Shown here: positions 38,832-46,937 of the stretch, one piece after another
How positions within the stretch are numbered: position 1 is the stretch's first letter
Layout of the letters: every line of letters starts with the position of its first letter
Source of the DNA: a virus
Direction: 5' to 3' (one strand)
Length of the DNA: 64,000 bases
IMG/VR virus record: IMGVR_UViG_3300028840_004184
Coordinates: 106,411 to 170,410 of that record
The notes under the pieces: generated by a model
The model's input: the letters and a program-made list of their open reading frames with translations, nothing else
What the model was told of the DNA's origin: nothing
The model's database searches: none
Position numbers and translations under genes: made by a program

Positions 38832-39635
38832 CTACCTTTCTCCAAATTGATAAATAAACTGACGGAATATTTTATTAAGCTGTTTTGTTTGAGTTTTAAG
38901 ATCTGGTTTGCCTGAGTGTATAGTTTTGAAATCTATTTTATCAAGACGAGCCATTTCATTATCGATAAAAGCGTGTATATTATTTATCCTACGCCCTATA
39001 GATAATTCCTTTCCATTACGTTTATTCTCTACAAGTTGATCAATCGACTTACGGAGCCCGGCAGGCAAATCTATAGCATCCACCAAAGTTTCGAAATCGA
39101 CAGGTACAGTATTTGTACGATTATTTTCTATCCATTTACATGCAAGCATTGGGCGAAGGACATAAAAATATTTCTTAGTCCATACCTCGTCGCCTTTAAG
39201 ATATTCCCGGTAGTTGCCCTTTCCCATATTAAAGTAATGATAAATGCATGATACCGGCGAGTAAAACTCAGGTAGTATTTGCTTAAGAGCCGCTGATAGA
39301 TCCCACAAGCCTGGTCCCACTTTGTCAATATACACTATCGGTGAGTGGAGCCATTCTAAAAGAGGAGGATTAGATTTTCGAAATAATCGGAGTGCTTTGC
39401 TAAGTTCCCAACCAGCAAAATCTAGTGGTTCTTCCATTCGCTCAATAACGTCTTTTTTTTGTCGATCGATATCGATATACCATGATTCGTCATGAGCATA
39501 TATGAATCTCACGTCATAATCACTGTCTTTGGACTGGAAGCCCCAGGCACGCGAACCAGCTTCGCACGCAAACAAAATGCGGACACCTTTTTCTTGCTCT
39601 GTCTTTTTGAGCATATCCAAAATTTTATCACGCAA
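38832..39635 (-). CDS. Pol-beta superfamily nucleotidyltransferase (YcgL/RlaP-like)
   Basis: ACEAGSRAWGFQSKDSDYDVRFIY, KSNPPLLEWLHSP, KKYFYVLRP. Confidence 0.88.
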   Translation of the reverse strand: MRDKILDMLKKTEQEKGVRILFACEAGSRAWGFQSKDSDYDVRFIYAHDESWYIDIDRQKKDVIERMEEPLDFAGWELSKALRLFRKSNPPLLEWLHSPIVYIDKVGPGLWDLSAALKQILPEFYSPVSCIYHYFNMGKGNYREYLKGDEVWTKKYFYVLRPMLACKWIENNRTNTVPVDFETLVDAIDLPAGLRKSIDQLVENKRNGKELSIGRRINNIHAFIDNEMARLDKIDFKTIHSGKPDLKTQTKQLNKIFRQFIYQFGER

Positions 39636-39719
39636 TTCACTAGTTCCTTAAATAATTGGTATATGAAATCATTCTATCATATCAAAATTAGAATGTCAAG
39701 CTGTTTTTGAAATAATTTT

Positions 39720-39796
39720 TGGCACGGGGAGCAGGATTCGAACCTGCATTATTCAGCTTCAAAAGCTGATAGGTTAGCCAATTACCTCATCCCCGC
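39720..39796 (-). tRNA. tRNA-Gln(UUG)
   Basis: Cloverleaf, UCAGC-UUUUGAA-GCUGA, GGUUCGAAUCC, encoded CCA. Confidence 0.92.
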
Positions 39797-40195
39797 TTTA
39801 TCCATTTGCGTATTGTGTTGCTACTTACGCCATATTTGGTTGCTGTTTTTTCATAATTGGTTGCTTTGATTTCTTCTGTCAATACCTCGATCGATGGTCT
39901 TTGTGTCTTTCTTCTTGATTTATCAAAGCATGTTTTACATAATCCTGTTAATCAGTATTTCATTTAATGGTCTTGGTTTACCTATTTTTTCAGTACGTTT
40001 TTTATTAGCCCTTTTTCTAAGTTCAGAGATGTCTATGTTGTCGTAATTGACCCTATTTATAAAAGTGCGGAAATTTCCACCCTTATTTAATAGGCCAAAA
40101 TGTTTCAAAACATCACTTATAGTATCAGAGACAGATATAATTTCAATAAGGCGATCTCTTGGTATCTTCCATATGATACTTCTTCGTTTACGCAT
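39787..40195 (-). pseudogene. decayed HNH endonuclease (catalytic domain missing, frameshifted)
   Basis: N-terminal SDVLKHFGLLNKGGNFRT...PLNEILI, then in another frame CKTC...KYGVSSNTIRKW (HTH); no HNH core between them. Confidence 0.6.
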
Positions 40196-40266
40196 ACATA
40201 ACCCTTTTATTATGAAGCAAAAAAAATTATACTGTGCAGTAGAATTCTACTGAGCAGTGGAATAAT

Positions 40267-40340
40267 TGGTGGGCGGAGAAGGAATCGAACCTCCGTGGGT
40301 AGGTCTTCAGCCTACAGCCTTACCACTAGGCTATCCGCCC
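40267..40340 (-). tRNA. tRNA-Phe(GAA)
   Basis: GUAGG-CUGAAGA-CCUAC, canonical arms, CCA. Confidence 0.92.
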
Positions 40341-40342
40341 AT

Positions 40343-40418
40343 TGGTGGACCGTGTAGGACTTGAACCTACCACCTACCGCTTAAAAGGCGGTTGCTCTAC
40401 CTGATGAGCTAACGGTCC
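40343..40418 (-). tRNA. tRNA-Lys(UUU)
   Basis: ACCGC-CUUUUAA-GCGGU, canonical arms, CCA. Confidence 0.95.
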
Positions 40419-40473
40419 AGGTAGTTAAATTTTCGCCTATATTTCTTCATTATGTAGCCTCTTTTTTGAGTTT

Positions 40474-40547
40474 TGGAGGCTCTGGGAGGAATCAAACCTC
40501 CGTACAGCGGTTAACAGCCGCACGCTAAGTCACTCAGCTACAGAGCC
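40474..40547 (-). tRNA. tRNA-Asn(GUU), atypical
   Basis: GCGG-CUGUUAA-CCGC; T-loop UUUGAUU; G1-C72, U73; CCA. Confidence 0.8.
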
Positions 40548-40554
40548 TTGTGTT

Positions 40555-40631
40555 TGGTAGCCCCACCAGGACTCTAACCTGGAACTTACGGTTTAGAAGA
40601 CCGTTACTCTATACGGTTGAGTTATGGGGCT
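40555..40631 (-). tRNA. tRNA-Arg(UCU), atypical elbow
   Basis: ACGGU-CUUCUAA-ACCGU; T-loop UUAGAGU; A20; CCA. Confidence 0.88.
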
Positions 40632-40637
40632 TTAGAA

Positions 40638-41087
40638 TTATTTTTTCGGAAAAACAGCACATATACCATCTAGATGATCTATCTCGTGCTGAATTATTCT
40701 AGCAATGTTTTTGTCATCGAACCAGGCAGTATGACATTCAAAGTTTTGATCATAGTATTTAACACTAACTTTGGGATATCTTTTAACAAAAGAATGTGTG
40801 CCTGGTAAACTTAGGCACCCCTCATGAGACCTAAAAGTGTTGCCGTCTCTGTCAATGATCTCTGGATTAATCAGAACTAATTCGCTCTTTCTCTTTGGTG
40901 GTCTTGGATTTATAACGCACAGCCTTACTAACCACCCCACTTGTGGTGCAGCCAAACCGACTCCACCATAGGCGTAAGTTAAATTAAATATTTGTCGAAT
41001 TTTTTCTTCCAGATTCGTAACCTGGTTTTTCTCAAGTAGTTCTGCTTTTTTGAAGAGGTCTTGATGCGGATAAAGTAAAATTTGCAT
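40638..41087 (-). CDS. def: peptide deformylase
   Basis: GVGLAAPQVG, EGCLS, QHEIDHLDG; short C-terminus. Confidence 0.95.
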   Translation of the reverse strand: MQILLYPHQDLFKKAELLEKNQVTNLEEKIRQIFNLTYAYGGVGLAAPQVGWLVRLCVINPRPPKRKSELVLINPEIIDRDGNTFRSHEGCLSLPGTHSFVKRYPKVSVKYYDQNFECHTAWFDDKNIARIIQHEIDHLDGICAVFPKK

Positions 41088-41400
41088 ATTTGTGTCCTTT
41101 TCAGTTATATCAGCTAAAATGATTTATTTGAACATTATTTTTTTTAAAAAAATTTTATGCTATAAAATTATGCTGATCCTATGCTTGTGTGTACCATTTA
41201 ATACGTAAAATATTTTTTACTTGACTTTTGGGTATTTTCTGGTATCACTATAATAGCCGCCGTGAGGCGGCCTAGGCTTAGCCATCGGCCAAGCCGTTAA
41301 GTCTAGATGTGCTCTTAACAAAAACTTCTCCATAACCTAAAAATATAGGGGGTAAAAAGAGCACATCAAAGTCTAGAAACCTAATCTAGGTTTATCAACT

Positions 41401-41486
41401 ATTATATCAAAGATTTTCCAAAAGTCAACAAAAAAAGTGAAATAATTTTATAAATTACTTGACTTTACGTATTATTATGATATAAT
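41401..41486. promoter_or_regulatory. divergent sigma70-type promoters at the strand switch
   Basis: - strand TTGACT-N16-TATAAT (41428-41401); + strand TTGACT-N16-TATAAT (41459-41486). Confidence 0.8.
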
Positions 41487-41565
41487 ACTATTGTTGACAG
41501 AGGGAAAGAACATATCGTTGATACACACATCTTAAATCTTCGTTTTATAATTCTGTCTTTTATTT

Positions 41566-41574
41566 TTAGTGTAT
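41566..41574 (+). promoter_or_regulatory. putative late promoter motif TTAGTGTAT
   Basis: Exact copies at 41566, 48907, 51399, 52725, 56002, 60471, each just upstream of a gene. Confidence 0.7.
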
Positions 41575-41617
41575 ATTTAATTTGGATATATACATTTTTA
41601 TTTTTTGAGGTAGGATT

Positions 41618-41908
41618 ATGTCTGAGCAAAATGAACCTAGGTATAAGGTTATAATGATTCCTGAAGATAATGTCACGCAGATGTCGGAAACAAAGTTCGA
41701 ACCTGGCAAGGGCGAAACTTTGGTTTTTGTTAAAATAGTGGCCATGAATCAGCCGTGTATTAAAAGCAGGAACCATGATATCCCGAGTGCTTTCGCTGAT
41801 AAGGGGCATTTGGTATTTGGCGAGGTTGATGAGGTTCGTAGATTTTTGGTTGATATGCTAAATGAGACAATGGATCAGGCGAAGAAAGATGCCGAACTAA
41901 ATCCATAA
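41618..41908 (+). CDS. hypothetical protein
   Basis: GAGG RBS. Confidence 0.65.
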   Translation: MSEQNEPRYKVIMIPEDNVTQMSETKFEPGKGETLVFVKIVAMNQPCIKSRNHDIPSAFADKGHLVFGEVDEVRRFLVDMLNETMDQAKKDAELNP

Positions 41909-42112
41909 GGAGGAAGGATGGAGCCTAATAGGAGTTACGCACAACCTAGTCCGGAGGCAAAAGAGTTTGATAATGTCGAGGACAGATCAAATGCTTCCGA
42001 AGCAGACACGAAGAAAAGGCGTGCTAAGGCCATGGCCGATCACGAAGTCCAGGTTAACGATGAGGACCGTAAGCCGTTGATTACTTCGCGTGATGAGGTG
42101 GAGGACGGGTAA

Positions 42113-42733
42113 TTGGTTAACGGTAGTGGTATTGCTGCCTGGCGTAGTAGTGAAGGTTTGTATAGTCAGACTAGTGGTGTTATAGATAATATTATACATC
42201 ATTATCTTATTATACAAAGAATAACAATTCCAGACATGGATGCTGAGGATATTGCACAAGAAATACGATTTAAGTGTATACAAGCCCTTCTATCACCCAA
42301 GTTTGACCCAGATAAAGTTGGGACATCTCCGTATAGTTTTTTACATCGTGTTATTCATAATCATGTTTATAATCTCAAGAGGGGTGTATGGACTGTAAAC
42401 AACCCACCGTGTGTCAGGTGTGAGTATTGGGATAAAGATGTTAGAAAATGCTTGGCACAAGTTAATCATTGTGATAAAATGTTAGCTTATCAAGATGATA
42501 TGCAGAAGAAGGCCGCGTTACGCACTCCTGTTGGGTTTGAGAAGGATTATGTGGAAAATCAAGCCTTCGAGGTTAGTTCTATAGATGACTATATTCTAGA
42601 TGACCATGTTATTAGTAGATTGCCCGAGAATCTACGCAGCTTTTATATTGATTTAAAAAAGGGGCTTGATATACCTCATCTTATACGTAAAGAATTGCGT
42701 CGTCGTATTATGAGAATTATTAAGGAGGATTAA
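42113..42733 (+). CDS. phage sigma-factor-like protein
   Basis: DAEDIAQEI...KFDP...YSFLHRVIHNHVYNLKR resembles sigma region 2; Cys insert; RLPENLR. Confidence 0.65.
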   Translation: MVNGSGIAAWRSSEGLYSQTSGVIDNIIHHYLIIQRITIPDMDAEDIAQEIRFKCIQALLSPKFDPDKVGTSPYSFLHRVIHNHVYNLKRGVWTVNNPPCVRCEYWDKDVRKCLAQVNHCDKMLAYQDDMQKKAALRTPVGFEKDYVENQAFEVSSIDDYILDDHVISRLPENLRSFYIDLKKGLDIPHLIRKELRRRIMRIIKED

Positions 42734-42886
42734 TAGTGTGTCTTGTGTATGAGGTTTTTGATTGTGGTCAGGGGGTACACTATAGTTTGATGGATGGTCG
42801 TTGTATTGAAGCTAGTCAGGACGTTGACACTTCTTATATCTATCACTGTTCTTGTAGTGAGTGTGAGATTTTGAGAGAGGAGATGC

Positions 42887-43711
42887 GTGAACAAAGTGGC
42901 ATCGAAGAGATTTGATCCAGAAAGAATCAGAGAGCTTTTTAATGAAGGCTTTGATGATAAAAGAATAGCATTACAACTTGGTCATAATGCTGTTAATGCC
43001 TGGCGAACGGTGCAGAGAATACGTATCAAAAATGGCTGGACTAGGAAGCGTGGTGTTAAAAAGAAGCCGTCGAATCCAGTTGATAATAGCTCATCTCCTG
43101 TGAATCAAAACATTAAAAAAACTGCTATCGCTGATTTTAGTCGCATGAATCCCGATGAGCGAGTTGATTTTTTACGTGAGCGTTTTAAAAAGAGTGCTAG
43201 ATTCAGTCGTTTTTCTAAGACGATGAGTGAGGACGAAATGGAGGTGTTTCAGGAGGAATACTTTAATATTATACGTGATATAGATGATGTTAGTCTGACA
43301 GAAGAGCAGGCCTTGTTTTTTGCAATATATGATTTGATATTAGCTATGCGTGCTCAGGTTCGTCGTCAGGAAGAGGAAGATATATTAGACAGGTGTAGAA
43401 GCGGCGAAATACCTCAGGTTGATCTACGCTATATTGTTACTATTGATGATAGGTGGGATAAGGAGTATAATAGTCATATTAAGTCTTATAAGGAATTTAT
43501 TGATAATCTTAAGTTGTCGCGTAAACAGCGTTTGGATAAACAGAAAAAAACGAAGAAAACAATTTTAGATTTTGTTGTAGAATTGGCTGATCACGACAAC
43601 CAGACTTCTGTAGCAGAAACTATTAGACAATTGGAAAAAGAAAGCGATGCTGAGTTGTCACGTCTAGTGGAGAACGATCTGTTATTGGGGTATTTTGAGG
43701 GAGCTAAGTAG
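42887..43711 (+). CDS. HTH plus coiled-coil protein, possible terminase small subunit
   Basis: N-terminal HTH-like DKRIALQLG; helical body; upstream of packaging genes. Confidence 0.45.
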   Translation: MNKVASKRFDPERIRELFNEGFDDKRIALQLGHNAVNAWRTVQRIRIKNGWTRKRGVKKKPSNPVDNSSSPVNQNIKKTAIADFSRMNPDERVDFLRERFKKSARFSRFSKTMSEDEMEVFQEEYFNIIRDIDDVSLTEEQALFFAIYDLILAMRAQVRRQEEEDILDRCRSGEIPQVDLRYIVTIDDRWDKEYNSHIKSYKEFIDNLKLSRKQRLDKQKKTKKTILDFVVELADHDNQTSVAETIRQLEKESDAELSRLVENDLLLGYFEGAK

Positions 43712-43714
43712 ATT

Positions 43715-44500
43715 ATGGTTTGGACAAGTAATTATGTAGTATTAGATACTGAGACCACTGGTCTTTCTAAAAATCCGCTTGCTGAGGTTATTGAAGTTGG
43801 TGTGATCGCCTTAGATAGAAATGGTTTGTCTGAGATAGGTAGATTCCAGTCTCTTATTAAACCAGCAAATATTGATTTAAATAAACCGTTACCGGATTGG
43901 TCTAAGAAGGCTTTTGAGAAGCATCAGATATCTGTTGAAGAATTGATGGTTGCACCATCTCCCGAAGATGTGTGTCATAAGATTATTGGTTTGTTGAAAA
44001 AATTAAGCAAGCCTATTCTGGTTGGACAGAATATCGATTTTGATGTTCGTATGCTAAGAAGACTTTTTAGGTCCTGTGATGAGGATTTTGATGAATACTT
44101 TTTTAGCCCTATAATAGATTTGTATTCTATTTCTTACATGTTTTGGCGTGACGATGCTGATATGCCTAATGTACAACTTGGCACGGTTGCTGAAAAACTA
44201 AAGATTAAGCCGGGTGAGGCACATCGTGCGTTAGGGGACTGTGAGACATCTGTGCCTGTATTTAAGAAGTTTATGGATTTTATTGGTCAGTATGCTGGTG
44301 TTATTTCTGATGTAAAAATAAAAGACCCCAAGCGGATGACTGGGAAGTATGCTTGTCCTATGTGTGGTTATGGTCTATCATTGCGGACGGCCAAGAGGGG
44401 CGTTAATAAGAATAATAAATTTTATGGATGTAAGGGATTTCCTTCATGTCGTTTTACGTGTCAGTTGAATGAGATTGAGCAATACGAGAGGAATGAATAA
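43715..44500 (+). CDS. DEDDh 3'-5' exonuclease with topoisomerase-type C4 Zn-ribbon
   Basis: LDTETTGL, GQNIDFD, HRALGD; CPMCG...FYGCKGFPSC. Confidence 0.9.
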   Translation: MVWTSNYVVLDTETTGLSKNPLAEVIEVGVIALDRNGLSEIGRFQSLIKPANIDLNKPLPDWSKKAFEKHQISVEELMVAPSPEDVCHKIIGLLKKLSKPILVGQNIDFDVRMLRRLFRSCDEDFDEYFFSPIIDLYSISYMFWRDDADMPNVQLGTVAEKLKIKPGEAHRALGDCETSVPVFKKFMDFIGQYAGVISDVKIKDPKRMTGKYACPMCGYGLSLRTAKRGVNKNNKFYGCKGFPSCRFTCQLNEIEQYERNE

Positions 44501-45396
44501 TGAAGATTGCTGTATTGGCTGCTTTTCATAGCCTAGATAAAGGATGGTCGTGCCCGTTGTCATTAATTAATCAGCTTGAATCTATGGGACATCAGGTGAT
44601 TATGTTCAATCTTTATCAGCTTAATAATGAGAATGTTGGTGTCAGTTATACCGACAATGGCTTGAAGAAATTTTTAGATCAGCAAAATGATTTTGATTTA
44701 TTCTTGCATATGGATTATGGTATGTTTTATAGTCCCCTTTTAAAAGATGTTAAGATTCCTTCTATAGGTGAAATGGGTGATGATCCTCAGGCATTTTCAC
44801 GTAATTTGCCTAAAGCGAATTTTTTCGATTTAGTTTTTTCGCCTGACAAACGCTGTGTTCAACAGTATAAAAATCATGGGATCAAAGCTGTGTGGCTTAC
44901 GCATTGGGCCGATCCGTCTATTCATATGCCTATTTCTGATATAGTCCCCGACAAATTTGTTGTTACTACTTGTGAGACCGGCAGGGGGAACGGCATGATA
45001 AATATAATGCGTCAGCAACTTGGTGGTGATATTTGGCTAGATGATAGATATTATTACGCGTTTGAACATACAAAATTTATGCATCGTGGACATGTTGTTT
45101 TTCAAAAAAGTCAATGGGGTGAGATCACACGCAGGCCGTTTGAGGCCGCAGCGTGTAGAAAAATGGTTATGCTTGATGAACTAGAGGCTGATACTGGCAT
45201 TAAAAACATATTCAGGGATGGTGTAGACGCGGTATATTATCATAGCTGGGAAGATGCTGTTGATAAAATCAATTATTATAAAAGCAGACTAGATGAAGTA
45301 GCAGATATAGCAAAAAGTGGGTACGAAAGGGTGATTAGCGGACATACCGTCGAGCACCGTGCTAATCGTATTCTTGATTTAGTGGAGACATTATAA
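44500..45396 (+). CDS. GT-B glycosyltransferase (CgeB-like)
   Basis: RRPFEAAAC, DKINYY, IAKSGYERV...HTVEHR. Confidence 0.8.
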   Translation: MKIAVLAAFHSLDKGWSCPLSLINQLESMGHQVIMFNLYQLNNENVGVSYTDNGLKKFLDQQNDFDLFLHMDYGMFYSPLLKDVKIPSIGEMGDDPQAFSRNLPKANFFDLVFSPDKRCVQQYKNHGIKAVWLTHWADPSIHMPISDIVPDKFVVTTCETGRGNGMINIMRQQLGGDIWLDDRYYYAFEHTKFMHRGHVVFQKSQWGEITRRPFEAAACRKMVMLDELEADTGIKNIFRDGVDAVYYHSWEDAVDKINYYKSRLDEVADIAKSGYERVISGHTVEHRANRILDLVETL

Positions 45397-46194
45397 ATGA
45401 CCTTGCCCAGGATACCTGACGGACAAGCAATTGACAGGAACAAACAGGTTTATAGAGATATCATCGATCCATATTGTGAGCCTGGTCTTATTTCTATTAT
45501 GTTTCTGGGGTGTGGTAGACATAATGTGACACGGATATCACTTGATAAACTTTTGTTGTCGTTGAGAAAATATGATGGTCCGACTGAATGGGTTTTTCTA
45601 GAGCAGGGATGGGATATTGATAATGATGGTGCCACTAAGAATCTGACGTTATTTAAGAATATCAGTTCTTTGTTAGATAGGTCTATTATTTTGTGTCCAA
45701 ATAGGAATTATGGTATTAATGTAGCTATTAATCAAATGAATAGTGTGGCGAGAGGACAATATTCTTTATTGATCGAAAATGATTGGATGTGTCATCAAAC
45801 TACGTCAAAATGGTTATATGATAGTAAGCAAATTTTAGATGAGTATCTTAATATCGGTGTTGTCCAGCTTCGTGCCATAAATGATCCTAACGATAACTAC
45901 GGTGTGGGAAAAGTCATGTTTAATCCTTTTTCTATACCTATGTGCGAGCATGTTGCCGAACTTGTCGTTTCTTGTGGTACAAAATTTTTATTAGCTAATC
46001 ATAAGTTTGCTGGTATTAATAACAACCCTAGTTTAATTCGTAAAGAAGTTCATCTTGAGCTTGGTTTTATGCGTGAGCCCGAACTGTGGTCTGACCTTAG
46101 GCATGGTGAGACTGATAGAGAAAAGAAGTATATGCAAACAAATTGGAAAACAGCACATTTGATAGATGATGTTTTTTTTCACTACAAACCGTAG
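45397..46194 (+). CDS. GT-A (GT2-like) glycosyltransferase
   Basis: NYGINVAIN, LLIENDW (DxD-like), NNNPSLIR. Confidence 0.7.
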   Translation: MTLPRIPDGQAIDRNKQVYRDIIDPYCEPGLISIMFLGCGRHNVTRISLDKLLLSLRKYDGPTEWVFLEQGWDIDNDGATKNLTLFKNISSLLDRSIILCPNRNYGINVAINQMNSVARGQYSLLIENDWMCHQTTSKWLYDSKQILDEYLNIGVVQLRAINDPNDNYGVGKVMFNPFSIPMCEHVAELVVSCGTKFLLANHKFAGINNNPSLIRKEVHLELGFMREPELWSDLRHGETDREKKYMQTNWKTAHLIDDVFFHYKP

Positions 46195-46201
46195 GTATTA
46201 T

Positions 46202-46684
46202 ATGGGTAGCAAGAAGGAAAGAGAATTCACTGTAGCTGTTGACACCAGGGAAAAAATTCCATTATGGGATGTAGATGATAAAAAATTTTTCATAGTACAC
46301 CAGAAGGTAGATGCTGGTGATTATGCGTTTGCTGATGATGAAATAAAGCACCTTATAACTATTGAACGCAAGAAAAGCTTTAATGAGTTATATGCTAATT
46401 TTACACGACACCGTGAACGTTTTTACAATGAAATTAACAGGATGAAAAAGTATAAGAGGCGTTTCATTGTTATCGAACAAAATGCTTCTGATGCACTTAA
46501 TCCTTTTTCATATAGAACGACCGCAAGTAAACGCAGAGCTGCTATTGCTATTGTTTTGTCGTCAATTATTAATTTGATGCTTCTGCATGATGTACATGTT
46601 GTGTTTGCTGGTGATAGTGCCAAGTCTATTATTAGGCAGCTTTTTGTTAAGACATATGAATATTATAAAAAAAATAAGTTATAG
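46202..46684 (+). CDS. ERCC4/XPF-family nuclease
   Basis: VDTRE, GDY, IERK motifs. Confidence 0.85.
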   Translation: MGSKKEREFTVAVDTREKIPLWDVDDKKFFIVHQKVDAGDYAFADDEIKHLITIERKKSFNELYANFTRHRERFYNEINRMKKYKRRFIVIEQNASDALNPFSYRTTASKRRAAIAIVLSSIINLMLLHDVHVVFAGDSAKSIIRQLFVKTYEYYKKNKL

Positions 46685-46937
46685 GAGGCGAAGCCTTGGA
46701 CGGTGAGGAACTGAGGAGTAGATTGCGTCGTATAAAAACTGTTATCATCGAAGCTGACAGACGTGCCGACGAAGCGGTTAAAGCTAGAGACGATGCATTT
46801 TCTGAGTTGCTGTCGCGATTGAATCAAAAACATGATGAAGCTGTTAGAATAGTCCAAATAGCTCGTTACGAGGCTGTTTTTAAAAGTTTATTAAAGAATG
46901 AGAACGAAGAGAATGAAGAGGAGTTCGGTGGGTAGAT

